64,000 bases of DNA, taken from assembly GCA_030324005.1 (NCBI GenBank), contig JARDVH010000169.1, positions 24,336,284 to 24,400,283 of the forward strand, written 5' to 3'. How positions within the stretch are numbered: the stretch's first letter is position 1; each line of letters begins with the position of its first letter. This document shows positions 27,160 to 39,799 of this stretch, piece after piece. Under the pieces are notes generated by a model, which was given only the letters and a program-made list of their open reading frames with translations, searched no databases and was not told where the DNA came from. The DNA is from Negaprion brevirostris. Its lineage: Eukaryota. A program made the translations under genes and the position numbers.

Positions 27160-27725
27160 ATACAATTCAGGAACAGGAGTAGACCTTTTGGCCCCTCGAG
27201 CCTGTTCCACCATTCAATTTGACTGATCTGATATCCTTTGACTCTCTTATTAGTCAAGAATCCATCGACTGCTGCTTTAAAAATATTCAATGATCCAGTC
27301 TCTGCCATTCTCTGGGGAAGAACCATGACAATTGAGAAGAAATTTCTCCTCAACTCCATCTTAAATTGTATATCCCTTATTTTTAAACTGTGTCACCTAG
27401 ATCTAGTCTCTCCCACCAGGGGAAATATCCTTTCAGCATTCACCATGTCAAGCCCCCTCAGGATTTTATGTTTCAATAAAATCACCTCAATCTTTTAAAC
27501 TTCAATCGATACATGCTTAGCCTGTCTGGCCTTTTCTCATGAGACTTCACTTCCCTTCACCCAGGAATTAATCACATGTACCTTCTTTGAGCTTCTACTA
27601 ATGCAACTATGTCCTTGTTTAAATATAGAGACCAAAACTGTACACAGTACTCCATATATGGTGTCACCAATGCTCTGTTCAGCTGCAGCAAGCATTCCCC
27701 ACTTTAACATTCCATTCCCCTTGCA
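27160..27725 (-). mobile_element. CR1 LINE 3' part
   Basis: ORF 27114..27359 (ELRRNFF...GSLNIFKA) and further CR1 RT remnants. Confidence 0.88.
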
Positions 27726-28219
27726 ACAAACAACAATATACCACCACACACGAATGCTGAAATGCCTGTACCATGGAAGAAATGAAAGGTTTACTCTGAG
27801 TGCAGTCATTTTAAAATGGGTGCCATAATTTGTAAGTATTTATTTTTACTTCTAAAGAAGAATGCCAGTGGCTGGCACTATTTGAGGGGATGCTACAGCA
27901 TCTTGCCATCTCAATGATGGGGTGCAGGATCTCCTGCCCTAACACCAGCTGTTTCCCAAGCTTGTAAAAGCCATGGAAGAGGGGAAGGAATTGAGAGGGT
28001 GAGTGTTCTCAAGACCACCTCGTGTGCCTTTGAGCAGCATGCCACGTGGGCCTTGGAGCAAAGTGTCTCCTTGTCCATCTCAGCGACACAAAAATTCAGT
28101 GAAAGAGGCAGCAAGAAGGCAGGGGAGGGGGGAGGATTTTAAACCAATTTATCATGGCCAATCAACCTAACCTGCACATCTTTGGACTGTGGGAAGAAAC
28201 TGGATTTTAAACCAAACTA

Positions 28220-28486
<267 letters not shown>

Positions 28487-28929
28487 CTACAGAGGTTGCA
28501 TGTGCTCCGCGTGTGTAACACAAGACTGCAGGCCAAAGCAACATTGTAGTCAGTGCAAAAAATAAACTTGCATTCCATTTTGCCTGTTTTTCCTCCGCTG
28601 CAGACTCAACCTAACTGGGTCGGTTTAGTGTTGCTCTGCTTAAAGCACTTGGAATTGACATTGTCCCCATACATAGTGCTGGACAATACATGACTTCAGA
28701 CTAAAACCTTTACTTCTTGGCAGTGACATCAATATTCTCACCAGTTAAAGTATATAGATAAACGTCTCAGTAAAATAGCAAAACAATCTAAGACAAACCA
28801 GTTTGTAAGCTCGGATCTCACAGTGTAATTGCAGCAGCTTGGGACGCACAATCACAAAATACGCCAATCTTTTTATACTGCTCAAAGTTAGATAACAAAG
28901 CTTGGGCTGAGTATCTTGTACTGCCCCAA

Positions 28930-29410
28930 TGACTGACTTGGCTCAGCACAAGTATTCTTATTTCAGTGCAGAAAGTTGCAAGTTCAAGCCCAACTCCAGG
29001 ACTTGAACACAGTGCCTAGGCTTTCATTTCAGAGTGGTGCTGATAGAGGTGCTGTCTTCTGGTTGAGACATTAATAGACAGAGTCCCACCTGCATGTTCA
29101 GGTGGAAGAATCCATGGCACTACTGGAAGAGGAACGACGGGTTCTCCCAGGTGTCTTGGTTAACATTCATCCCTAAGTCAACATCACATGAAATCTGGTA
29201 TTCTTGTATTTGTCTTGAGTTGAAGATGAAAAACTTTGATAATATCTCTTTTTTCAGCAATAGAACAGATTCACTGATCATTTTGTTTCATTGTTTGCTG
29301 TGGATGCTTGCTGTGCAGAAACCAGCTATTCCATTTGCTTACAAACAATAGTGACTGTACTCTAAATACAGATGATCCCTGAGGGATGAGAAAGGTGCTG
29401 CACAATGCAA
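28930..29410 (+). mobile_element. DeuSINE (SacSINE1/AmnSINE1-related Deu domain)
   Basis: tRNA-like head, then gaggtgctgtcttctggttgagacatt...ccatggcact...ggtgtcttggttaacatt, which resembles the recalled Deu domain. Confidence 0.65.
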
Positions 29411-29433
29411 ATTAATTGCTTCTTTGCTCTTAC

Positions 29434-29569
29434 CTCCACATTAATGTCTGGTGCACTGACTGCCGCAGGTGGAAGACATGGTTACTGACCGCCAGATTGT
29501 GCTCTAGTCGGAAGGGCTCTAACACCACACCGTCTCGGACTGGGAATGTCAGCCGTAGCTCATCGTTGG
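29434..29569 (-). CDS. ZMIZ2: ZMIZ exon I (136 nt): [46 protein letters not shown]
   Basis: Read by hand. Acceptor tctcag, donor gtaaga. Invariant [12 protein letters not shown] motif. Confidence 0.95.
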
Positions 29570-31982
29570 CTGAGACCAAAGAGGGAGAGAAAGTGTCAAC
29601 TTTCCCTTTAGCATCTGTGGCACAGTAAAAATGTGGTTTTCATATCATCGCCAGAGGTTCATTTTCAATGGAACAATCCTCTCTTTCCCACACCCAGACT
29701 CCCTACATCTGTCCTAGGTGGGAGATTGGATAGCTTAGGCCAGAAAAATCACCAGGACTGTCATTAATTTGACCCCATGAATGGCCTGCAAGTGGTAGCA
29801 TTTCAACCGGGAAAGGTGATAAACAGTGGATTTTCCCTTTTCCCCACTAACCAGCTCCCTACTCCAATGTCCCCTAACTTCAACGCATGGATATGGAACT
29901 TCACCACATCATGGTTACTGACTGACAAACTTCAAGAACAAGGCAAGCTGATTTAACTGATATCTGATTCAGTCCACAAGTTTGTATGTGCAAGTCAAAT
30001 GCTTGAGCAGACCTGAGATGCAGTTAAATGGGGTAAAGTTTAAAAGCACGCTTCAAACTGGAAAAAAAAGTTACAAAAATAATCCCCCTGATTTTAAATA
30101 CCATTTAAATCCTTCTGAGTAGCATAAAATCTGCATATTGAGTTATAATTATTGTAATACTGAACTTGAGTCAACAGTATAAGGTCAGCACAGTTGGCTG
30201 CAGCATGTCCCAATAATATTTGCATCCTTCCATCCAACCGGCGCTTGGAATGTTCCTAAGCATGTCACAATCTGCCAGCCCAGAAAAATATTCCAAATAT
30301 TTCACATGAGNNNNNNNNNNNNNNNNNNNNNNNNNNNNNNNNNNNNNNNNNNNNNNNNNNNNNNNNNNNNNNNNNNNNNNNNNNNNNNNNNNNNNNNNNN
30401 NNNNNNNNNNNNNNNNNNNNNNNNNNNNNNNNNNNNNNNNNNNNNNNNNNNNNNNNNNNNNNNNNNNNNNNNNNNNNNNNNNNNNNNNNNNNNNNNNNNN
30501 NNNNNNNNNNNNNNNNNNNNNNNNNNNNNNNNNNNNNNNNNNNNNNNNNNNNNNNNNNNNNNNNNNNNNNNNNNNNNNNNNNNNNNNNNNNNNNNNNNNN
30601 NNNNNNNNNNNNNNNNTGATGTAAACATTTTAACTGTTTATATGATAATATTGTGAATTATTATTTTCAGGCAGCCTCCTAAAAATGAAATTCTATACCT
30701 TATTAGTTAGGGCTCCAACAAGAACAGACTGACAGCCATCTGCAATAGCTAACTTCTGCTGATAGTAACTTATACAAAGGTCAGACAATCAGGAAATTCA
30801 TGGAATAGGAAACTAATGAACTTAAGGGAGAAAGATTTGTTAAGCAAAGTATCTAATCACCTGAATTCTGAACAGAATTATGTGATGGAAGCTAACACAG
30901 CAAAACCCAACTGAAAAGACAAATATTAGATATACTGTTAGGTTTATTGGACACCCGTCTATTCTAATTTGGTGCCTCTTCTGCGCATTCTTTGATGCTC
31001 CTCAAATCACACAACACAGAGCACAGAGTGTAGCCTTAAAATTGGAGCTAAGCCAGCTGAAAGTGAACCCAGCAAAAAACACAGAGGTGGTATAAATGTG
31101 GAGTGCACGTCCCAAGTAGAGGGTTGAGACATATTCCTTCATGGCTACTGCTCCCCGCCAGCTCTGCAGCTTCCAGTGAGAGAAGAAAATTCTCCTTCCT
31201 CTCTCTGCTCCCGCATAGCAGCAAAGTCAAGCGAGGGGTTCAAAAAGGAGACCAATATTTACTTCAGGATTTTGGATAATAAGAAAAGATTTGGAATAGA
31301 GAATAGGCTGTCACTAGCTTACAAGTATCAATAGGCCGCTATTATTCCAAGGGGAAAATGGAAGGTCAGGGTGTACTCGCCTGCTCATCAGAGGAAACTC
31401 TTTAGAAATAAACATTTGTGTGGTCTTACAGAACTTGAGTATTGGTGAAAAAAACATTTTGTTGAAGCTTTTTGTCTTGCACTCATCAGGGCAATCACAA
31501 AGTACCAATGTCTGGCAGAACATGTTATTTCCCACCGATATTCTTGCAACTATTCTGATGAGTGCAAGATGAAAAGCTTTGATAAAAAGTATTTTTTCAG
31601 AAATAAGTAAAGTTTTTTTATTAGTCACAAGTAAGGCTGACATTAACATTGCAACGAAGTTACTATGAAATAAGTAAGTTCTGCTGAAATAGTGGAAATT
31701 CTGCTGTCCCTTTTGCAAAATTGACAGTGAGAGATGGGGATCCACTTATGACAGCTACCTTTCTGATCATGAGTTTTTCCATGTTTTTGAGTCACTGCAC
31801 AGCTAAGAATAATCAGGCAGCACTTATAATCATATGTGCGCAAGCAGAAAGCCCTTTTTAGAATGGTTGACCATTCTGCGGGACAGGCCTACAAGGTAAG
31901 AAGCGGCGATTTGAAGAGTTGGATCCTGTACTACGTCAAGAAATTATCCAAATTTTAAAAACTTTTTTGTCACCCGACTCAC

Positions 31983-32154
31983 TTGGAGGTGGCGGAGGCA
32001 AGGAGCTGAGATTGGGTTTGATATCCGGTGGGAATGGCGGCTTCACATCCTGGTTAGGAGACAGGTATGGTGGAATACTGCTTCCTGGAGTCATAGGTGG
32101 AGTGGGATTTCCTGGCACAGGAGAATGAGGATAACTTGCCACAGACCTTGGAGG
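31983..32154 (-). CDS. ZMIZ2: ZMIZ exon H (172 nt), proline-rich: [26 protein letters not shown]...LPPPPP
   Basis: Overlaps ORF 31936..32142. Acceptor ttttag, donor gtgagt. Confidence 0.95.
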
Positions 32155-35100
32155 CTAAAAGAAAGAAGAAGTGATGATTGTATTGAGTACGTCACAGAAA
32201 TCACATGCATTGTCATGCATCAGATCCATGGTGATTCCAATTCAAAACCGCATCATGCAACAGACATTAATAACTTTTAATCCATTGAAACTATGGTAGA
32301 ATGTTTGCACCGTTCCCAAAATCTTCTCAACGGTGAATTTTTATTCAGTCTTCTGAGCAAGCACCTTTAATTGGGGGAAGCTGGTAGAAATGAAACCACC
32401 CCTTTATCCCTTTGAACAATCAGAACTGACCTATGGATACTGGAATCTAACAACACAATCTGTCATAAAAGAAGCCCATCCCCATTAATCACACTCCTTT
32501 CATAGCAGGTCAGTTGTAATGAAGAACTGTTGCGGAGCAAGGAAACTCTCACTGCCTGGGAATTGGATAGTGCGATAACCTGTCTCAAAGCACTGCTGAT
32601 AGCTCTCAAAAGCGGGCTTTCAACTATTTCTGTATGGAACAGGAGACTTCTAGGGGCCAGCAGTGTTTAGCTTTGTTTCAGTTGAATGGCTTTATCTTTG
32701 TAACAAATGGGTGGGGCAGGCAGAGAGCAGGGGCGGGTGGTGGAGCACTTAAAAAAAATAAACAAAATGCAATCATTTTTATCTGGTTCAATGATTCACA
32801 CTGTTCCACCATTCTTTACAAAGCAAATTCTTTTTAATGTTTGCATTTCTCAATTTTGCTCCAACTCTGAACTTTCCATTGTTTCTCGTAAGCTTTAAGC
32901 CTGTTGTCCTACCAGCTTTTCCTCTTTGCTACATCCTTGACATTTGGCACACATCTCAAGTCCACCGTTAGCATGATGCCTGAAGCCTGAAACTACTTGC
33001 CTCCCTCAGTCTTCCCTGTACAATCGTCAAAGCTTTTTAATCCAGTGCCCCCCCCAACCCAGTCATGTCGTCCTGATTTCCCTCACAGTCACTCCTGCTT
33101 GCTTTAACCCAGCGTCCTCCTCTAAGACCTTCAACTCTTCGCGTACATTTCGCAACTGTAAGCTCACATCTGAGAAGACAACTCTCAACAGGCTCTGCCA
33201 GAAATATTAGCATTCAGATAGTATGTGGTCTTGTAAAATGTCAGCTATGTAAGTGAACAGATATCAGCTGTCAATTTGCTTAATTAACAAAAAAATGTTT
33301 TTTTTAATGTGTGGAGTAGAATCAGTAAGAACAATGTAATCTTACTTTGGTTTCTTTTCCACTCCCAGCATTTGTGATGCAGAGACAGAGAGGACACTAG
33401 TCAGGCAGTCAGCGATCAGTAGAGGATGGGACGTTTCCAATTAGTGTGTTCATTAGTAATAAAAAACAGAATTGGCAGGTTTACTGTACTGTAAAAATTT
33501 GCTAACTCAACATTGTTATTCCATAGTTAAAGCAAAAGCATTGCTTTCCTCATGTGACATAACCTATTGAAATATATGCTGCAACACTGAGAAGGCACTG
33601 ATAACCACACAGCATNNNNNNNNNNGACCTCTCATTTGAACAGCCCACACAGAGTCAATGGTGCTTTCCCACATACAAAGTCAGAGGGTTGCTTTAAGAG
33701 TTGTGCTGGTGAAAGAGGTGGTCAACCCCCTCCTCCCTCACCCCGAAGGGTGCGACCATCGTTGGGCACTTACAGGTGAGGGGGTTCAGAGGTTAGAAAT
33801 GCTGGAATTTGGTGCAAAGAGAAAACTGTGCCTCAACTGAAAAAGGGATGACTATGAATCTGGCATCTGAACTATGGGGCCCACCAAGACAGAAGGAAAG
33901 GATTAAATTCAGAGAATTTTAGCCCTGGTGCAAAAAAGTACCAGTAATACAACTAGACCCAAATAAGTGTCCAAAATACTGTGAACCAATCACACACACT
34001 GAGACAATTTTAGTAACAATGACACATATCTAGGAATAAAAGTCCAACACATGCAGAGCAATTATATATGAAAGACCAACATTATGGAACAGATACAATG
34101 TTATCTGTTCCCTCTTTCAATTCTATCCTTCCCCTCTCCATTGGTTCATTTCTGATTTCACAAATTGCTCAAACCACTGTTCTAAGTCACTGGAGCTCAG
34201 TGACTAACGCCCATTTAAGTGACAGATTTATTTACAAGGCTGGTTGGTCCCCACAGTGGAACTCCAGTTAATGGATGAAACATGCCAGAGGACGGATGCA
34301 ACAATGACATGCAAAACGTTAAAATAAAAACACTATCAACCGTGATCAGTAGGAAATGTGACAAGAAATATACAGAGACAGTCTGTACCTACCTGCGAGC
34401 TTCAACAAGCTGTGGGACAAATATGCCCCCAAGTGATGCAATGGGATGCTTACATAAACATGCAGAGGCTCAAAATATTGTCAGATTGCATTCATAGAAA
34501 ATTTTAGTTTGCTGTCATGTGTACATGCAACCTACCAGATGAAAATAAAGTCGCAATGAGAAAAGAAATAGTAAGTTTATCCATCACGACTGCATATCCT
34601 TTATACGCATGTAACATGCTTTTAAATGGGAGTTGTGGTGATATGTGATTGCACCTACAGAGAATGGGTGGGGCAGTCGGGGAGAGAGAGAGAGAGAGGC
34701 TGGACTGACACAGCTTGCTGTTTACTGCAATTCTCAGTGGCCAGTATTTCACAAATCACTGTCAAAATTCCAAAAGGGAATATTCCCAGGTCCACTGGGT
34801 CTAATTTAGAGTGAAAACTGGGAGACTGGGAAGTCGGTTAGCAAAATCCTCATCTCAGATTCTAAAAAAACAGCAAGTCTCAATGCACCGAATGTGCAAC
34901 AACAGCAAAAAAAGCGGTTCAGCATTTTCAACTATCTTTGAACTTAACTGTTAAACTGTTCTTGTAACAAATATTTGTGAAGTGAGTAGTGTCATGTTGC
35001 AGCAACAAAACTCACAACATCTCCTAATGAAAGGAGGATGGNNNNNNNNNNNNNNNNNNNNNNNNNNNNNNNNNNNNNNNNNNNNNNNNNNNNNNNNNNN

Positions 35101-35653
35101 NNNNNNNNNNNNNNNNNNNNNNNNNNNNNNNNNNNNNNNNNNNNNNNNNNNNNNNNNNNNNNNNNNNNNNNNNNNNNNNNNNNNNNNNNNNNNNNNNNNN
35201 NNNNNNNNNNNNNNNNNNNNNNNNNNNNNNNNNNNNNNNNNNNNNNNNNNNNNNNNNNNNNNNNNNNNNNNNNNNNNNNNNNNNNNNNNNNNNNNNNNNN
35301 NNNNNNNNNNNNNNNNNNNNNNNNNNNNNNNNNNNNNNNNNNNNNNNNNNNNNNNNNNNNNNNNNNNNNNNNNNNNNNNNNNNNNNNNNNNNNNNNNNNN
35401 NNNNNNNNNNNNNNNNNNNNNNNNNNNNNNNNNNNNNNNNNNNNNNNNNNNNNNNNNNNNNNNNNNNNNNNNNNNNNNNNNNNNNNNNNNNNNNNNNNNN
35501 NNNNNNNNNNNNNNNNNNNNNNNNNNNNNNNNNNNNNNNNNNNNNNNNNNNNNNNNNNNNNNNNNNNNNNNNNNNNNNNNNNNNNNNNNNNNNNNNNNNN
35601 NNNNNNNNNNNNNNNNNNNNNNNNNNNNNNNNNNNNNNNNNNNNNNNNNNNNN

Positions 35654-35710
35654 TGGGGTGGGGCAGGGCGGGGTGGGGTGGGGCAGGGCGGGGCGGGGTG
35701 GGGTGGGGGA
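35654..35710 (+). repeat. G-tract repeat (GGGGT/GGGGC/AGGGC)n with G-quadruplex potential, beside a gap
   Basis: About eleven G3-5 runs visible directly. Confidence 0.85.
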
Positions 35711-36241
35711 AAGTTACATTCAGCAAACCCTCACTCCAATCCCAATAGCCAGTATAACCTCTTTGTGGCTGAGGGGGATATTCCAATCCAGCCACTTACA
35801 CTACTTCCAGCCAGAGCCATTCAATGACAAATGGAAGGGGTGGAATCCTGACTGATTTTGCCTCTGCCCTAATCCAGGCACAGGTCCAAATACAAACCCT
35901 GGCAGACAATGGATGTAAAGCTGGGGAGTTTGTCATGTCAAATTTTGCCCAATTAAATAATTTGCAGAGACACGCTAACTCTTGATTGCAAGCAACTGAT
36001 AAAAAAACCAAAGTATTTTGTTCTGTTCAAAGTTGCACCATTTACCCTGTTCCCTCCTTCACCAACCACCCGGATTGGTTTACAACAAAACTGTACAGAA
36101 AATAAGCAGTGAAAAACATTATTGTGAAAGAGATGAAAGAAAATGCAACACCGCTGTAGTGTTAGGCATGTGGCTGAACTTCAGAAGACGTGTAAAAAGA
36201 GATGGGGGGGTGGAAGAAGCTTTTCTGCCTCGAGAACTTAC

Positions 36242-36316
36242 CCCATTCAGACTACTTTGACTGTAAGTATAACCGCTCCCAGCAAAACTGCTGTTCTGTC
36301 CATTAAACTGCTCCGT
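36242..36316 (-). CDS. ZMIZ2: ZMIZ exon G (75 nt): TEQFNGQNSSFAGSGYTYSQSSLNG
   Basis: Read by hand. Acceptor caacag, donor gtaagt. EQFNGQ motif; 137-nt intron separates it from exon F. Confidence 0.92.
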
Positions 36317-36453
36317 CTGTTGAAGTTAAGGGGAGGGGAGGATGTGGAAAAACAAAAGAATGGCAGCAGTCAATTCAACTCCTTGAGGTAAGAGTCAATT
36401 CTGATCAACCACCGAAATATACCAAATATAAATGTGCAAGCTGTTGCATTTAC

Positions 36454-36636
36454 CTTGTAGTACTGAGCCATGTTGACTGGAGGTGGGTGGTACTGGCCAG
36501 TGTTCTGTTGGCCTGGCATCCTCTGACCAGGGTAACTGGGCGATGTGATGGGCCTTTGGGGGTTCCCTGTTGGATACTGGCCAGGCTGATTGGCAAACTG
36601 GCTGCTTGGTCCATACTGCTGCGCTCCATAACTTGG
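36454..36636 (-). CDS. ZMIZ2: ZMIZ exon F (183 nt): [10 protein letters not shown]...VNMAQYYK
   Basis: Within ORF 36370..36642. Acceptor ttgcag, donor gtaaat, phase 0/0. Confidence 0.94.
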
Positions 36637-37116
36637 CTGCAAAATACAAATCTTCTTATAGTTTTCATGACTGTAAAGTCAGCATTGATGAGCAACAAGC
36701 TATTTTAAGTCACACTGAAGAAAGCCAACAATAGCCGCTTATAATGAGGCGAGTGTTTCGATACTGACTGCCTAGTGCGAACTGTCAGTATGGCTTGTGA
36801 ACTCTGAAACTTAGTGGAGTACGCGATGACCGAAAGGAAGCAATTTTTTTTATTCTTCCAAAAGGTGTAGGAGCATTTATTTCCCAATCTTAACTGGCCT
36901 CAAGAAGGTGGTGGTGAGCCATGTTTTCAAATTGCTGCAGTCCTTGTGGACCTAGATTGCTGTTCGCGAGGGATTAAAACCCAGCGACAATGGAGGAATG
37001 GCAATCTATTTCCAAGNNNNNNNNNNNNNNNNNNNNNNNNNNNNNNNNNNNNNNNNNNNNNNNNNNNNNNNNNNNNNNNNNNNNNNNNNNNNNNNNNNNN
37101 NNNNNNNNNNNNNNNN

Positions 37117-37200
37117 GAGGGAGCTTTACTCTGTATCTAACCCCGTGCTGTACCTGTCCTGGGAGTGTTTGATGGGGACAGTGTAGAGGGAGCGTTACTC
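37117..37200 (+). repeat. Approximately 70-bp shark tandem-repeat unit beside a gap
   Basis: gagggagctttactctgtatctaacccc...gacagtgta is followed by a restart gagggagcgttactc. Confidence 0.7.
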
Positions 37201-37699
37201 AGATTTCACTGCTTATGTTGCACAACAAATTCATCAAGAAACTTAAAATGTTGTGTTCTGATAATTCTTAATTATCTGGAATGTTCCATTTATTTATTTC
37301 CATTTGAACATAAATCTCTGTCTGGTTTAAAGGGAGACACAGATTTGAAGTGGATATTGAATCACTAGTTTGGACTCTGTAACAGGGTAAAATACATTCA
37401 CTAAAAGGCTGCTAACATTTATTTCCCTCTAACGCCTCAGTGCACGAAAGAACTGACTAATTCTGTGGATATTTGACGTTTGTTAACAATGAGTTTGAGC
37501 ACAGCGAAAGGCTTCTTATCCCCTCAAATATTCAGTGTACTGATAAATATCGATCCATCACAATCTACAGTGACATTTATTGCAGATGGTTGGGAGCTTG
37601 TTCCCGGTGGATGGGGTGAGGATTGATTCTCCTGACCCACTGCACCTGTCTGAAAGAGGAGAAAATGAGGTGAAACATACAGAGTGTAACTAAGTATTT

Positions 37700-37800
37700 A
37701 CAGTAAGAAGTCTCAGAACATCAGGTTAAAGTCCAACAGATTTATTTGGTAGCACAAGCTACTAGCTTCCGGAGTGCTTCTCCTTCATCAGATGAGTGGG
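37700..37800 (-). mobile_element. Penelope-type short repeat with a hammerhead-like core
   Basis: Minus strand reads ctgatgaaggagaagcactccggaagc...gttggactttaacctg; same family as 42555 and 43917. Confidence 0.6.
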
Positions 37801-38954
37801 ATTTCAGTTCACAAACTGTTTTGAAGCCAGCATGGTGTGTGGCTTGGAGGGGAACTTGCAGGTGCTGGTGTTCCCATTTGTCAGCTGCTCTTGTCTTTCT
37901 GCATGATAGAAATTGTAGATCTGCAAGGTGCAGCTGAATGGGGCCTGGGTGACTTACTGTAGCGCATCTTATAGATGCTACACATTGCTGCCAATGTGTG
38001 ATGTTAGAGGGAGTGAAAATGAAAGATGATGAATAGGGTGCAGATGATGAAACAGACTGCTTTGTCCTGGATGACACTGAGCTTCTTGAGTGTTGCTGAA
38101 GCTGCACTCATCCAAGCAAGTGGAGAGTGTTCCATCACACTCCTGACTTGTGCCTTGTAGATGTTGACTTTGGGGAATTTGGAGGTGAGTTTTCCCAGGC
38201 TCTGACCTGCTCTTTTAGCTACAGTATTTATAGGGCAAGTCAAATTCAGTTTCTGGTCAATGGTAACCTCCCATGATGTAGATGGTGGGGGATTCAGCAA
38301 TTGTAATACCATTGAATGTCAAGGGACAGCAGTTAGATTCTCTCTTGCTGGAGACTGTCATTACCTCGCACTCGTGTGACGCAAATGTTACTTGCTACTC
38401 ATCAACCCAAGCCTGAATATTGTTGAAGGTTTATTGTACATGGGCATGGACTGCTTCAGTGTGGGGTGGGGGGGAAACAGGAGACAAGAAATGAATAAGT
38501 TCAAATGGAGGGGAGTGATGATGAAGAGGAAAAACAGGATTGTTTAAAACATGTACTCAAAGGCATATTTATGGATCATTTCAATGATTGAAAAGGTCAC
38601 AGTAAATGATGCATGCAATGTTGAGCATTAATAAACACATTCAATTTTAATTCATCTATTAGAGATGTTTTGAAGTTCTGCATCACTAGTGCACAATGTT
38701 AATTGTCCATTAATAAGTGTTTAAATGTATTCAGGTGGTGGGCATTAACTGGGGAATCAACTGTGTTCCTATAAATAGGAAAAGACTGACAATTGTTGTT
38801 GTTGAGTCTTGAGACACATGTTTATAACACATGGCTCTAAATTAATGTTTATACGGTATGTAAAGATTAGGCTCCAGTTCTGTCCTTCACCACCTGGCTT
38901 TCTGGAAATAGAAATGCTTGTCGCTAATCAGGTATGTACCTCGGTTTCACTTAC

Positions 38955-39233
38955 CTCGCCGGGATAAGGCCTTTTCACTCCCTGCATGGGCATTGGCTGT
39001 GATGATCTTGGGCCTGGGTACCCCTGCTGGCTCACCCTCTGGCTGTGGGATGCAAACACTGGATTCATCCCTGGTGGTCTGGGCTGGTTGATGGGCATGG
39101 GTGGCCCACTCATGCTGGATGGAGTCATTCCACTGCCCATCCCTCCTGGGTTCATATTGCCTTGCATGTTCGATGGGCCCCGTCCACCCTGCTGGCTCAT
39201 AAACTGACTGTTGTAAGCCTGTGCTGGACCCAT
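38955..39233 (-). CDS. ZMIZ2: ZMIZ exon E (279 nt): [11 protein letters not shown]...[10 protein letters not shown]
   Basis: Within ORF 38928..39239. Acceptor ttgcag, donor gtaagt, phase 0/0. Confidence 0.95.
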
Positions 39234-39799
39234 CTGCAATAGAGAAGAAACAACATTTGAGATGGAAGCAGGAAATACTCGGATTGGAACTAAAATGCGG
39301 GGAAGTTAACACGTAGTGTGTGATGGCTTGTATCCTATGGAGTGGCTGCAGTAACTGTGGTACAAATCCAAATCACAGCACAGCCCAATGTGCGACATGC
39401 CCTTGGGGTGGGAGTATATTGTATCTGCCCATTTGAAGCCTTCCACAAACAGATGACACCAGAGGAATTGGAATAGAACGCACACCATGAGCAACATTAT
39501 ACATCAGTTTGATCATTTTCCTTTATTTACCACAGAACCATAAAAACCCTAGAGTGTAGAAAGAAGCCTTTCGGCCCATCGAGTCTGCACTGACTCTTCA
39601 NNNNNNNNNNNNNNNNNNNNNNNNNNNNNNNNNNNNNNNNNNNNNNNNNNNNNNNNNNNNNNNNNNNNNNNNNNNNNNNNNNNNNNNNNNNNNNNNNNNN
39701 NNNNNNNNNNNNNNNNNNNNNNNNNNNNNNNNNNNNNNNNNNNNNNNNNNNNNNNNNNNNNNNNNNNNNNNNNNNCATCAACAATATATAAGAGGATGG

